Part shown: positions 9,743 through 22,587 of the stretch, piece after piece | Layout of the letters: each line of letters starts with the position of its first letter | Numbering within the stretch: position 1 is the first letter of the stretch | From: Pachysolen tannophilus NRRL Y-2460 | Lineage: Eukaryota | Length of the DNA stretch: 64,000 nt | Direction: 5' to 3' | Assembly: GCA_001661245.1 (NCBI GenBank) | Contig: KV454012.1 | Location: forward strand, 712,147 to 776,146 | The notes under the pieces: generated by a model | Told to the model about the DNA's origin: nothing | The model's input: the letters and a program-made list of their open reading frames with translations, nothing else | Database searches by the model: none | Translations under genes and position numbers: made by a program

Positions 9743-12391
9743 TTATTTTCTATTTGGTAGTGTATATTTCATAAAGCTTCTTTGTAACTGTCTTCTTACA
9801 CTAATCTTTTGAGCACCAACAAAACTTTCAACAGCAACTTTTATAGCTCTATCAAGATCATAAGTTGAAACATATTCTGATAATCTCATTTTGGCAAAAG
9901 ATTCAGCAGTTCTTATAATACTTTCCAAATGTCTAACAGTAATTGGGAAACTTCCTGTTGTAATACTTTCTCTTCTTAAATCTGAATAAACTTTTGAAAC
10001 TTTATCCATATCCATTTGATTTAATTTTGGATGAATTTTTGTTCTTGCATAATGAATATATTTAACTAATAATTCTTGAGAAATTGGTGAAATTTCTTTT
10101 TCCTTTTCTTTATTTAATTGATCAATTTTTTCTTTACTAGTTTTTGCTCTTTCAGATTTAGTTTGTTTTGCCTTTATTGGAGAACTTTCAACACCATCAC
10201 CTCCACTCATTTCATCATCATTATCTTTATCTTCTTCTTCTTTATCTTCTTCAGGTATCTTGGTAGGATGTGATCTCATATGTGATGTTATAACAAAATT
10301 AGCCAACCTTTCATCAATTATAGGATCAACTTGATCTCTAACAACACAAAGTATATCAAATCTTGATAAAATTGGTTCTGTTAAATTGACATTTTGTGAT
10401 AATGGTAATGTAGCGTTATACCTACCTCCAATTGGATTTGCAGCTGCAATAACAGCACATCTTGCTTTTAATGTCGTGACAATACCAGCTTTAGAAATTG
10501 AAATAGATTGTTGTTCCATTGCTTCATGAATAGATGTTCTATCACTATCATTCATCTTATCAAATTCATCAATAAGACAAACACCTCTATCTGCCAAGAC
10601 TAAAGCTCCACCTTCTAATGTCCATTCTTTGGTAATTGAATCTTTTTTAACAGATGCAGTTAAACCAACAGCTGAAGCACCTTGACCTGTTGTAAAAATT
10701 GCACGATGTGCTGTTTTTTCAACATATTTTAAAATTTGAGATTTTGCAACACCAGGATCACCAAGAAGTAAAACATTAATATCACCTCTAATTGAATGTT
10801 TTTTTTGAATATCTTTACTAACACCACCAAATAAAGAAAGTGCAACAGCAGTTTTAATATCTTTATGACCATAAATAGATGGAGCAATAGATGAAATAAT
10901 TTTATCAATAACACCTTTTTCTTGAGATAATTTTCTAATATCTTTTTCATCTTCTTCAGTCCATTGAAAAGTTTCAGAACTTTCAAATTTACTATTTTCA
11001 GTTTTTCTTACAGAATTTGCAATTATTGTTGTACCAAAAATTGGAAATCCATTTTTAGAATTTAAATTACCATCATAACAATTTTGATAAATACCTGTAA
11101 TATCTATCATTTCACCTGGAGTAGCTTTATCAGTTAAATCTCCAGTAACTATAACATTCTTAGAACGTGGTAAACGACCAGCGAGCACATTTGAAGCTTG
11201 TTCTTGAATTGTTAATTGTTGAAAATTTCTATAAACTGTTTTTTCTGTATTTAATCTAAAAGTTGCTTTAGATTTACAATTTGGACAATATGATATTTTT
11301 AATTCTTTATGAGAATCTTGAATATAAGGACCTAATACTGTATTACATTTATTACAATCAAACTTGACATATTTTAATTGTGGGAAAACTCCTGTTCTTC
11401 TTGTAACAACTCCTGTAACTCTAACCAATTTATTTAAATTACTTTCTCTTAAATCTCTAAGATTTAAAATATTTGGATAATCTGTAATTCTAACATGAAT
11501 TTCAGAATGAATTTGTGAATAATCTGGATAATGTAATTCTGTAGCTTCCATTGCAACAACATCAAAAATTTTTAACATTTCTTCTGGAGATAATGCTAAA
11601 AACATTGCTAATATTGCTTTACTTTCCATTAAATGTTTAAAATTAACATCTAAAGAATTAGAATTATTTAAACCTAATTCTCTAATTCTATGACCATAAA
11701 TAGAATGACCATTTGAATTAAATTCTAATAAGAAATTTTTAAACTGTGTTGCAATTGCTTTTGATACAGCAGGTTTAACTATCCATTCTAAAACTGAAGG
11801 AGCTTTAATATCAGCTAAAGATTCTAAAGAAAGAGCTTCATTCAAAGGATCAATATCTTCAAAGTCAGACATCATATCATCTTCATCATACAGTGTTCTT
11901 CTTCTTCTTCTTCTTTGTACTGGTAAACCATATTGATCACGTTCAACTTCATCATCATTTTCATCTAACAAAAATGCAGAATCTTTACCCATCACTCTAT
12001 CTCTTTCATTCAAGACATCATCAACTCTTCTACGATCTCCAATAGATAACTCATCTTGTTGTGTTTCATCATCAATATCAAGCAGTTCATACCTATCTTC
12101 AGAATCTTTTTTCCTATAATCTCTCATCATATTATCTCCAAATAAATCCTCACCTTCTTCATCTTCTATTCTTTCTTCCAGATCTTCTAAATCATCCATA
12201 TCATCTCTAATTTCTTCTTCTTCATCATCCTCGCCATCACCAAACGGCATAGCAGGAGATGATGGTGGAAGCTGTTCTTGAGGAGAAGATGAAGCGTGTC
12301 TACCAGCATCTGCAGGTGATCCAAAAAGCCCTTCATTATCATCATCATCATCTTGAATTTGTCTTTTCCTAGAATTTGAAGACTGCGACAT
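9743..12391 (-). CDS. MCM2: MCM replicative helicase subunit Mcm2
   Basis: Acidic N-terminal histone-binding region, C4 zinc finger, GDPG.AKSQ Walker A, IDEFDKM Walker B, SRFD arginine finger. Confidence 0.97.
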   Translation of the reverse strand: MSQSSNSRKRQIQDDDDDNEGLFGSPADAGRHASSSPQEQLPPSSPAMPFGDGEDDEEEEIRDDMDDLEDLEERIEDEEGEDLFGDNMMRDYRKKDSEDRYELLDIDDETQQDELSIGDRRRVDDVLNERDRVMGKDSAFLLDENDDEVERDQYGLPVQRRRRRRTLYDEDDMMSDFEDIDPLNEALSLESLADIKAPSVLEWIVKPAVSKAIATQFKNFLLEFNSNGHSIYGHRIRELGLNNSNSLDVNFKHLMESKAILAMFLALSPEEMLKIFDVVAMEATELHYPDYSQIHSEIHVRITDYPNILNLRDLRESNLNKLVRVTGVVTRRTGVFPQLKYVKFDCNKCNTVLGPYIQDSHKELKISYCPNCKSKATFRLNTEKTVYRNFQQLTIQEQASNVLAGRLPRSKNVIVTGDLTDKATPGEMIDITGIYQNCYDGNLNSKNGFPIFGTTIIANSVRKTENSKFESSETFQWTEEDEKDIRKLSQEKGVIDKIISSIAPSIYGHKDIKTAVALSLFGGVSKDIQKKHSIRGDINVLLLGDPGVAKSQILKYVEKTAHRAIFTTGQGASAVGLTASVKKDSITKEWTLEGGALVLADRGVCLIDEFDKMNDSDRTSIHEAMEQQSISISKAGIVTTLKARCAVIAAANPIGGRYNATLPLSQNVNLTEPILSRFDILCVVRDQVDPIIDERLANFVITSHMRSHPTKIPEEDKEEEDKDNDDEMSGGDGVESSPIKAKQTKSERAKTSKEKIDQLNKEKEKEISPISQELLVKYIHYARTKIHPKLNQMDMDKVSKVYSDLRRESITTGSFPITVRHLESIIRTAESFAKMRLSEYVSTYDLDRAIKVAVESFVGAQKISVRRQLQRSFMKYTLPNRK

Positions 12392-12546
12392 TTCCTTGTA
12401 AAATTACTCAACTAAGCAAAGAGTAATGATCTTGGTGGAAACAGAAAAAGAATAATAAAAAAAAATCAATTTAATTATAAGTTATAGTATTTAAAAAAAA
12501 AAAAAAAGAATTAAGAATTTGAAAAATTATACGCATAAATAGATAT

Positions 12547-12623
12547 GCGCGTAACGTTTGAAATTTTCAAAACAATTATTTCCCTTTTAGGAAAATTAAT
12601 TAAAAAAAACTCGAACAACGCGT
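12547..12623. promoter_or_regulatory. MCM2 cell-cycle promoter: ECB/Mcm1 site TTTCCCTTTTAGGAAA (12579-12594) and MCB ACGCGT (12618-12623), plus a GCGCGT variant
   Basis: Motifs lie about 160-230 bp upstream of the MCM2 ATG and match known ECB and MCB consensus sequences. Confidence 0.65.
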
Positions 12624-12802
12624 GAAAATGATCAATTAAACAACAACAAAAAAGATTAAGTTAAGTTGAACAAAATTATCCATGAATTTGATTAGTTCTG
12701 GCTTTTTGTGAAGGAACAAACTTGTCAAGAAAGAGTAGATTAATCAAAGGAAAAAAAAAAAAAAAAAAAAATCAGTAGAAAAAAAAAAAGGTTTTGAACA
12801 AA

Positions 12803-12874
12803 GGGGCGAGCTGGGAATTGAACCCAGGGCCTCTCACACCCAAAGCGAGAATCATACCACTAGACCACACGCCC
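12803..12874 (-). tRNA. tRNA-Pro (anticodon TGG), intronless
   Basis: Reverse complement GGGCGTGTGGTCTAGTGGTATGATTCTCGCTTTGGGTGTGAGAGGCCCTGGGTTCAATTCCCAGCTCGCCCC folds as a cloverleaf with A and B boxes; T-rich runs follow downstream. Confidence 0.95.
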
Positions 12875-13700
12875 TTATTCAGATTTGGAATAAACTCATC
12901 TTGATTTCTATCGTATTTGCCAACAAATGCAATTTTGAAAGAATAAAAATATTTATCTCCACTAATAACAATAATTGTAATATTGTTTTGTTTCGTTTTA
13001 TCTATACGAATTTATATCCACATTTTGCGAAAACCTTTTTATCCATTTTGCTTATATTTTCTTTTTTTTTTTTTCATGTTAATGTGGAGAAAATTTGAAA
13101 ACATCTGAATCCGAAAAGATCACATTCTCCAATGCAACAAATTCAAGTTTTAAAAAAAAAACAAATATATACCCACACTCACACTTTATAAGCGCTCATC
13201 AATTAGTTCTCAAAATATCTCTCCCGCTCATGCTTTTCTACTCAAATTTCTTATTCATAAATGGAGCAAACAATTCACATTTTAATATTCAGCCGTTTTG
13301 GTAGTGTAAATAAACTTTTTGATCAGTTTTTTTTTTTTTTTTTTTGTTTTTTTATTTTTTCTTTTTAAAATGAATGAATTTCCTTCCTTTTAAGGCAGCA
13401 ATAAAATTAATCTGTATTTTGATAATATAGTGTATATTTTTAAATTGTTTATCTTTGAATCAATTTTTTATTGATTCAATTCAATTCAATTGTCTTGTTT
13501 TAGTAAAGCATTGTTTTATATTAAATTTTTTTTTTATTTTTTTATTTGTTTTTTGGGCCCATAGACTTTGCACTGAAAGAGATTTTTTTAAACGTTTCAT
13601 AAAAATTGCATTTTTTTTTCTTCCTCTCTCTCTTCACATTTATTAATAATAATAACAACAACAACAACAACAACAACAATAATAATAATAATAATAAATT

Positions 13701-13840
13701 ATGGTTAAAATGGGTGCAGATACAGATCACCAAATTCAAACAACGGCCACTGATTCGAATTTATTGACGAAATTTTTTAGGAGACGATCATCAGCTTCAT
13801 CTTCTTCTTCAAGGAAATCGGTACCTGAAAATAATGCTGC

Positions 13841-13881
<41 letters not shown>

Positions 13882-15149
13882 GTACTACAAGTACAATTAA
13901 AGAAAATCATAGACCCCATTCGCGTAATAATAGTGTGAATAATCCGTGTTATAGATTATCATTTCAAGTGGGAGTTGCAGAGAATAAGAATATTAAATTT
14001 AGACCGACAATGGAAGATGTTCATACATATGTGGCAAATTTTGCAGAAAGATTGGATTGGGGTTATTTTGCAATATTTGATGGACATGCTGGGAAACAAA
14101 CTGCTCGGTGGTGTGGATCTAATTTACATTCTGTTATTGAAAAAAATATTTTAAAAAATGATAATATAGATTTAAGGATTAATTTAAATAGATCATTTGT
14201 TGAAGCAGATAAATTGATAAAGGAAAATTGTAATGGATCAAGTGGTTCAACAGCTGCTGTTGCGATATTGAGATGGGAGGAATTGGATCCTCGCTCACCG
14301 TTAAAACCAGATTATCATCATGGATCAATAGACCCACAAGCTACTCCATTTGATTTTATACCAACTAAAAATCATAAAAGAATGTTATATACACTGAATG
14401 TTGGTGATTCACGTTTGATTTTATCAAGAAATCATAAAGCTTTAAGATTATCTTATGATCATAAAGGTTCAGATGCCAATGAACAAAATAGAATTATAGA
14501 TTCTGGTGGAATTGTTATGAAATCTAGAGTTAATGGAATGTTAGCAGTAACAAGATCTTTAGGAGATACATATATGAAAGATTTAGTAATAGGGAATCCA
14601 TATACAACAGCAACAGAAGTTACTGAAAGAGATGATTTTTTAATTATTGCTTGTGATGGATTATGGGATGTATGTTCAGATCAAAAAGCTGTAGATTTAA
14701 TCAAGGATGTTAAGGATAGTAATAAAGCATCAAAAATATTATGTGATTATGCAATAGAAAATATGACAACAGATAATATCACCGTCATGGTTGTTCGATT
14801 CGATAATAGCGTATTAGCGTATAAAAATGATCCTGAAGAAGCTTTGGATCAAAATAGTAGTAGTGATGCTATAGTGGATGGTAATGATGAGATTACCATT
14901 ACGAACGTTGATGAAGTTATAGCTGATGACGAAGAAACAAATAAAGATGTCCAAGTGAATGATGAGAATAATAATAACAACAATGATAATAATAATAATA
15001 ATGATAATGATGAAAATAATAATGAAAATGAAATTGAAAATGGAACTGGAAACGGAATTGGAAAGGGAACTGGAAATGAAAATGAAAATGAAAATGACGA
15101 TGCTGTGAATGAAAAGGTAACTGAAGAAGTGAATCAGTTATCAATTTAA
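13701..15149 (+). CDS. PTC1: Type 2C protein phosphatase Ptc1
   Basis: MEDVH, FDGHAG, NVGDSR, SYDH, GMLAVTRSLGD, ACDGLWDV, DNITV motifs; poly-Asn and acidic tails. Confidence 0.95.
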
Positions 15150-15537
15150 AAGAAACTTTTTACATTGAATTATTTAGGTGCTTCTAATTCCATCTCTTCA
15201 TATCTTTCTTGGGGTCTAAGTTGACATATATTTATAATCTATCTATTTACATATTAGCATATATGTAGAATTGTTTTTTTTCTTTTTTTTTTTTTTTTTT
15301 TTTTCCTATTATTATTATACCTTTTTTAGTTTAATTTTGCTTGTTTACGTGAAGAAAAAAATAATAAAAAAAAAACAGATCATAAAATCTTTGCTTTGAT
15401 AAAGGTTAACTATTGTGATAAATCATAAAAACTAATATAATCAGATCTATATCTTTTTAAGGTACAATCTCTGCTTTTATTGGAGAAAACCTCTTATCAA
15501 TTAGTGGGTAGTTGATAAATCACCAAAAACCAAAACA

Positions 15538-15545
15538 TTACCCGG
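15538..15545 (+). promoter_or_regulatory. Reb1-type site TTACCCGG
   Basis: Exact consensus in an AT-rich intergenic region upstream of the 15921 ORF. Confidence 0.45.
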
Positions 15546-15920
15546 CAATTTTTGTTTTGTTTTTGGCTCTGTTAAGAAACGATATAAAAAGAGCAAGTTT
15601 TCCTCCCTCTTTTTATTTGAGTTTTTCTTTTGATTTTCCTTATTTTTAAAAAGAAAAAAAGAGAAAAAACTACGTATTTTTTGTTTGCAACTTATCTTGT
15701 TGTCTGGTTATACGATCATAATATAATAAACTACAATAGATTAATAGTAATTAAGTTTCCTTTTATTTTTTTATTGTCTAATTCAAAAAGTCCTTTTTTT
15801 TTTTCTTCTTTGGCTTTCTAATTATTAGTTTTTGTGAGTGTGCTTTTTTCCTTTTCCCTTTATTTTTAATTTTTAATATTCTTTTTTTTTTTTTTATTTT
15901 ATTCATTTATTTCGGAAAAT

Positions 15921-16966
15921 ATGGCAGCACCTGCCCGGCTGTTATTATATAAGCCATTCTCTTTAGAAGCTAGTTGTCTTCGTACTAGGGTTTCTGTTAT
16001 GTCTGATGGGGATGAAAAGAGAATTCCATTATCTGGTGAATCTCTCTCTACTATTTCTGAAGAATTGAATTATCATTTAAAGGAGCAAGATAAAAATTTT
16101 TCTGAAGATATAATAAATATCTTCCCCTTTTTCAAGAAATATATGCATAAGGTATCTGTTGATGAATTTTATCAAAGATTAATTTATTTAAATGATACAG
16201 TAGAGTCGAATTCACAGACCTTTAAAAATTATTTAATTGAAACAAATTATCAAACAAGTTTATCAAATTTACAAAAAAGTATTCGTCATTTCTTATTAAT
16301 AAAGGAGATTAATCTATTAACTCCAAATTTAAGAGAAGAACTTAAAATATTAGCTTTAACTCATAAAAAATTAACATCATCCAAATTTATTTGTATGAAA
16401 CCAAGTATAGGAATTATTGGTAAATTAAATAATGGAGTAAATGGTGGATCACTGAAATCATATAAAATGGTTGTCTCTAGTAAAAATAAAGATACTGATT
16501 TAAGGAAAAAATCAATACAAAATATTTATATGAATAATTATCTTGATAATTTTAAAAAAAAATTCAAGTACAAAAATTTAATTTTTTACTTGCAGTTCCA
16601 TATTATTTTGAATATCTTAATTCCAAAATGTATCAAACAAATGAGGATTTTATTTTTCGAAATTTTAAAAGTAGTAATTATGGTAGTTATCCTTTAACTC
16701 CAAAATTTGAAAATATCAATATTCCAAAAATTATTAATACAGCTTCAATGAAATTTGGTATTAATTGTAATCCTATTTCTACAATAAAACCAGTAAAGAG
16801 TGGGATTCTTCCAATGAAACCTCAAATCATTCGTAATAATAATAATAATAATAATAAAAATAATAAAATTTTTGGTAATAAAGTCAATAAACCGAAAAAG
16901 AAAAAGAGGTTTCTTCGTAAGTTGAAAACAAATAAATTGACTTTAAATAATGAGCATTTTTTTTAA
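15921..16966 (+). CDS. Hypothetical protein, apparently split by a frameshift at or after the A9 run at 16554-16562
   Basis: Two overlapping ORFs; the second frame opens exactly at the A run. No family recognised. Confidence 0.55.
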
Positions 16967-17246
16967 GCATTATATTATACATAAATATATGCAAATAGGA
17001 GTTTTACATGAGATTTTATTAATACATACATCATACATTTTAATTTTAATTTTAATTTTAGTACAATTTGTAGTTAACTTTATAACTAAAAAGATTCTTC
17101 TCTACATTAATATTTCTTGTGAAAGTGAAAGAAAGTATACATATATATATATATATTATTACTATTATTGTTATTATTTATAGTTAGGTATATTAAATAG
17201 TCACTAATTTTTTTTAAAAACTTCTAAATTTTTTCAACTAATACAA

Positions 17247-17678
17247 TTAGATACTTCCTAATAAAGCACATCCACCTAACAAGCCACCAAATAAAAGGGT
17301 ATATTTTAATTTTGTAAAATCAATAGACATTGGTTTTAAAATATTACCACCACTTGAACTAGTACTTGAACTTGAACTAGAACTTGAACTTGAACTTGAA
17401 CCTGAAGTTGCACTACTACTACTTTCACTTGAATCTGAAGTACTTGAACTTGTATCATCTGCTGAACTTGATGAAGCCAGTGAAGTAGCACTTGCAGTTG
17501 TACTATTTCCATAAGAGGTACTATTGTAACCCATAGTCATTGAACTTGAACTGTTAGAAGCAGATGAACCAGAATCAATAGTAGTGGTCATCGTCATCGT
17601 CATAATTGATCCATCCATTGACATGGTGGTAAGGTAAGCATCAGTTGAAGCATCTCTAATCAGAAGGTGGTTTACCAT
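17247..17678 (-). CDS. Small Ser/Thr-rich protein with a C-terminal hydrophobic (GPI- or tail-anchor-like) end
   Basis: ATG in strong AAAATG context, poly-Ser tract, C-terminus SSGG...YTLLFGGLLGGCALLGSI. Confidence 0.65.
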   Translation of the reverse strand: MVNHLLIRDASTDAYLTTMSMDGSIMTMTMTTTIDSGSSASNSSSSMTMGYNSTSYGNSTTASATSLASSSSADDTSSSTSDSSESSSSATSGSSSSSSSSSSSSTSSSGGNILKPMSIDFTKLKYTLLFGGLLGGCALLGSI

Positions 17679-18659
17679 TTTGCTTTTTTTTTTTTTTTTT
17701 CAATCTATATCAATTTCTTTTTAGTTTTATTTTTTGTATTTTTTTATTTGCCAGAACTTAATATTAAAGAACGTAAAACGAATGGACGATCTAAAGCCTT
17801 TTCACAACAAAAAGACAAAACTGAAAACTGGAAAATGAAAAGAAGAGCAAAATTTAAAAAACAAGATTCTTCTATACAGTTAAAACAATAACCTAAGCGA
17901 ATGTTATATATATATGAATTGAAAACAATAAATATATATATAATAAGTGAAATTTTCTTTATATAGATAAAATTATATTATATATTAATATAACATACCA
18001 CATGATTTTATATCAAGGGGGAAGGAAGAGGAGATCTTACCTTACTTATATACAAATACGAAGTTATAAAAAGAAACTCTTTGAACTTTCTTGGGAAAAT
18101 GACTTGCAGATTATCGAGCAAAATAATATCTTAATGAAAGACAAAAATAATAAATATGTATTCATTTACCGCATTAAGAAGAATGAGCAAATTCCAGACT
18201 CTTTTTAAAAAAATAGAGAAAAAGACAAGAAGAGAAGGCCAATTCATATTTTTCAAATTACTTTTTACTTTATTTACTTAGATCACAAGAAATAATGCTT
18301 TGTGCTTTGTGCTTTGTAGATTTATTTTTTCATAGATGTATTTCTATTTTCAATACTTTTGTCATTTAAGCAATCATATATTTCCAACTTCTACTTGCAG
18401 GGAAGATGCAGAAGAGATTTTACTGGGGCACAGCATATCACTGCCCGTTTGCTTGTAAGATTAAAAGAAGAAGAAAAAACAAGAAAAAACATAATGACAA
18501 TAAAGAGATGATGATGATAATATAAGATAAAATCTATAAAAAGACAAGAAGAATAATTAATCAATTATGTTTATAATTTGCCCATTCATTATTTATTATT
18601 TTTACAAGGTTTTTTTTCTTTTCTTTTCTTTTCTTTTCTTTTATTTTATTGATCTATAT

Positions 18660-19723
18660 TTATTTCATTACAATGCAAAAATTATTTTTATTGGCACTGC
18701 CACTAGTGCTTATCTCTTTCTTATTGAAGGTTTTCCCCTTTTGGATAGATTCTTCACCTTTCCAAAGCCATAACCAATAAGCTACTTTTTTAGCTTCATA
18801 GTATTTTATTTTTGTAAAACCTATTGATTCCATAATTTTGTCCAAGAGTTGATTATTTAAATATCTAGAATTTTTAACACAAGGTAAGGGTAAAACTAAA
18901 AATAATAATGGAGTCATATTATTATTATTTTTAATTGGTTTTTTCAAAAATTTTGTAATTTTTTTCAACATATCACCTCTTTCAATTGGTGTAGGTACAA
19001 AATTTAATACTAATGAACAAGAAATTAAATCAAATTTCTCTAAATTTGATATAGGTAATGGACGTTCCATAAAATTTTGTTCTAATATTAATCCAGGTTC
19101 TTGAGATCTTAAATCTATTCTTGTTACTGATTTAAAAATTTTACTTGTTGAAATCAGATTTTTTGAATTTAAACATCCAATTTCTAATGCTGTACAATCA
19201 CAAGTATTGATACATTTTAAAAAATTTAACCATTCAATTAATTTTTTGGATGAATCACCGCCTCTTGCTTGGCCTAAAGTTGATGCTATTTGATATGTCT
19301 TTAAGCCTCCTCTTTTCAAAATTTCACCATCAATTTTTGCTAATAATTCAATTAAATCAAGTTCATTTGATAAATTTTCATTTATTATTATTAAATCTCT
19401 TGATGATTGATTTAATTTTATACTTCTTATAGTATCTTCTTTAATCGATTCATAAACATCCCAAATATCATTTTTCCTCTTGATTATATCTATATAATTA
19501 CCTTCATCAACCTGTTGATTCAATGAAACTGATATTTTTTGTAATATAATTGTTTTTTTTTTTGTAAAATATGAAATCTTCTAATAAGTTGTCTTGTCTT
19601 TTGAGGTTTTAAAGATTTAACTTTCCTTAAAGATGAATCAGTTATCTTCAGAGATCGATATGGCAGAAGTAAACCTGACTTCTTCTTATTCTTCTTATTA
19701 TTCTTATTCTTCGAACCCCCCAT
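18660..19723 (-). CDS. BMT2: 25S rRNA m1A2142 methyltransferase Bmt2, split by a 1-nt frameshift at the T11 run (19553-19563)
   Basis: KPQKTR.LIRRFH N-terminus; GGL..YQ.AS..GQ, GGDSSK, ALEIG, FDLISCSLVLNFVP and NSRY motifs; adjacent to MAK5. Confidence 0.9.
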
Positions 19724-19854
19724 CTCTCCATCAATAAAACATAAAATAAATAAATCTTTTCTCTTTTGTTCTGATTTTTAATAAAATTGTAAATGAAGAT
19801 GATGATTTATTCAAGCCGCATACTAAAGAAAAAAAAAAATTTTAAAAAAAAAAG

Positions 19855-19865
19855 TGAAAAATTTT
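19855..19865. promoter_or_regulatory. RRPE motif TGAAAAATTTT in the BMT2/MAK5 divergent promoter
   Basis: Exact RRPE between two ribosome-biogenesis genes. Confidence 0.6.
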
Positions 19866-19958
19866 TTGTTCAAATTTCTCTATTTAATCCATAGATTTAA
19901 AGAACTTTTGAAGATATAGAAGGAGTAGAAAGTAGAGAGAAGGTAAGGTGATTTGAGA

Positions 19959-22269
19959 ATGGTAAAGATTCCACCTAGAATATTGAAGAAATCTTTGAAA
20001 AATAAGAATAAACAGCTTAATGGTAATGGTAAAGGTAAAGGTAATGGAAGAGGTGTAAAGAAAGTTGTTAAACCTTCTTCTTTAAAACAAAAATCTGTTT
20101 CTACCAGGTCAGTTTCTGCAGATGAGTTGAGATGGAAACCTGTTGAGATTCCAGATACTTTAGATGATTTCGGTGGGTTTTATGGATTAGAAGAAATTGA
20201 TGGGGTTGGCGTCAAAGTTATTAATGGTAGAGTTGAATTTTCAGTTGGAGATGACAATAAAATTGCAAAGGAGAATTCAAAAGAAGATCAAGAGGAATTG
20301 AAAGATATTGAAATGAGTGATGTTGACCAAAATCAAGTTATTGAAGATGAAGAAGAAGAAGAAAAAAAAATTCCAGTTATAAACTCTTCTAAAAAAAATA
20401 AAATTAATAAAAAACAGTCACAACAACAAAATGAATTTGAATCATTACCGGATTTACCTGAAGATGTACATTTACCAGAATGGGAATCTGATTCTTTGAA
20501 ATTGTCTCCTTATATTTTGCAAAGTTTATCGAAGTTAGGATTCACCAAACCAACACCTATTCAAAAGAAAACTATTCCTTTAGCTATATCTGGGAAAGAT
20601 GTAATCGGTAAGGCTATAACAGGTTCAGGTAAAACATTAGCCTATGGTATACCTATATTAGAAAAATATTTGATTAAAATAGCTTCGGGGAAAATTATAA
20701 GGGATAAAAATAATCCAATACCTCCAACAGGTATCATTTTTACACCAACAAGAGAATTGGCTCATCAAGTTGTTCAACATTTACAAAACTTGGCAAAATA
20801 TTCACCACTAACTAGTCGTGGTGTTGTATCCATTACCGGAGGGTTATCTATTCAAAAACAAGAAAGATTATTGTCTCATAGCCCAGGTATTGTAATTGCT
20901 ACCCCTGGTCGTATGTTAGAATTAATAGAGAAAAATGCAGATTTAGCTAAAAGATTAGCTTCTACTGATATTATTGTATTAGATGAAGCTGATAGATTAT
21001 TACAAGATGGTCATTTTGAAGAATTAGAAAAAATAATTGATTTATTTTTCAAAATGAGAACAAAAAATGATATTGAATTAGATTATAAATGGCAAACTCT
21101 AGTATTTTCTGCAACTTTCTCTAAAGATTTATTTGGGAAATTAGATAAACATAAGAAAAATGATAAAAAAAAATGGTAATAATAACAATAATGCTAATGG
21201 CTTATCTCTAGTGGATGATGAAGAAATTCTTAAGCTCTTATCAGCAAAATTAAAATTTAAAGATAAAAAACCATCGTTAGTAGATGTTAACCCTAAGGAA
21301 ATGGTTGCTTCTCAAGTAACAGAAGCATTAATTGAATGTGGTGCTACGGAGAGAGATTTGTACTTGTATTATTTCTTGTTGATGTATCCAGGTACTACAT
21401 TAGTATTTGCAAATAGTATTGATGCGGTTAGAAGATTAGCACCATTTTTAACTAATTTAAAAATTCCATCATTTTCTATCCATTCAAAAATGATTCAAAA
21501 ACAGAGATTGAGGGCATTAGAAAGATTTAAGGCTGCTAGTGAGAATAATAATCAAGCAGTCTTGATAGCATCGGATGTTGCCGCTAGAGGTTTGGATATC
21601 CCTGGTATTACACATGTTGTACATTATCATTTACCAAGAACAGCAGATGTCTATATTCACAGATCTGGAAGAACTGCGAGAGGTTCAAATGAAGGAGTTT
21701 CAGTTATGCTTTGTTCCCCACAAGAAGCTGGAGGTCCATTGCAAAGGTTGAGGAAATTAGTTCTGTCCAATCGGGGTAGAAATTCCAAAAAATATAATAT
21801 GAGATTTAATATGAGTGATGTGAAATCATTACCTATTGAAATGGATATTGTTTCACAATTAAAACCAAGAGTTAAACTTGCTTCAGAATTAACAGATGCA
21901 GAAAATGCTTCATCTGGTTTACAAAAGGAAAATTCATGGGTATCAATAGCAGCGGAAGAATTAGGAATTGAGGAATTATCTGATATGGAAGAAGATGATT
22001 ATTTAAAAAGACATAGAAAGAGAATTGAGCACAAATCTTTAGATAAACAAGATGTGAAAATGAAAAAATTGGAATTGAAACAATTATTAGATCAATCCAT
22101 TAGAAAAGATTTAAGAAGAAGTTATTTAACTGGTGGTTTGAGTAATCTAGCTGCAATGTTGGTAAAAGGTGAAGGTCATAATCAAATTGTAGGACTTGAA
22201 AATGCTACAGCATTAGAAGATTTAAAAGTTAATAAGAAAAGAAAGAAACAAAAAAATTTACTTATGTAA
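19959..22269 (+). CDS. MAK5: DEAD-box RNA helicase Mak5, split by a frameshift at the A9 run (21165-21173)
   Basis: [44 protein letters not shown] and HRSGRTAR motifs spread across the two ORFs. Confidence 0.93.
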
Positions 22270-22587
22270 TGTAATTTATATATAGTTGTACATATATTAT
22301 ATTTTAAATTTAATGAATGATAATATCAATTATAATTAATAGCAGACATTTTTTTTAATGAACTCACCGCAAATAAGAAAAGAAAAGACAAGATAAGAGA
22401 AAACTTCAAAATAAAGGATGAAAAGAAAGGAAATGGAAGTTGTTCTTTTTCTTTTTTTCATTTTATTTTCTTCTATTTCTATATTTTATTGAAAGGAAGA
22501 AGAAGAAGAAAAAAAAAAAAAAAAAAGGTAAAAAAAACACTTATATATGTATAAAACTGGGTACAAATTAATCGAAAGAAATCTTAT

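Noticed and set aside
14394..14396. CUG=Ser (Candida-type code) as the explanation
   Set aside because: It fits Ptc1 (LYTSNVGD occurs in some yeasts) but fits the recalled Ala columns in RBM42, Mrd1 and Mak5, and the QAQAQ repeat, less well than Ala.
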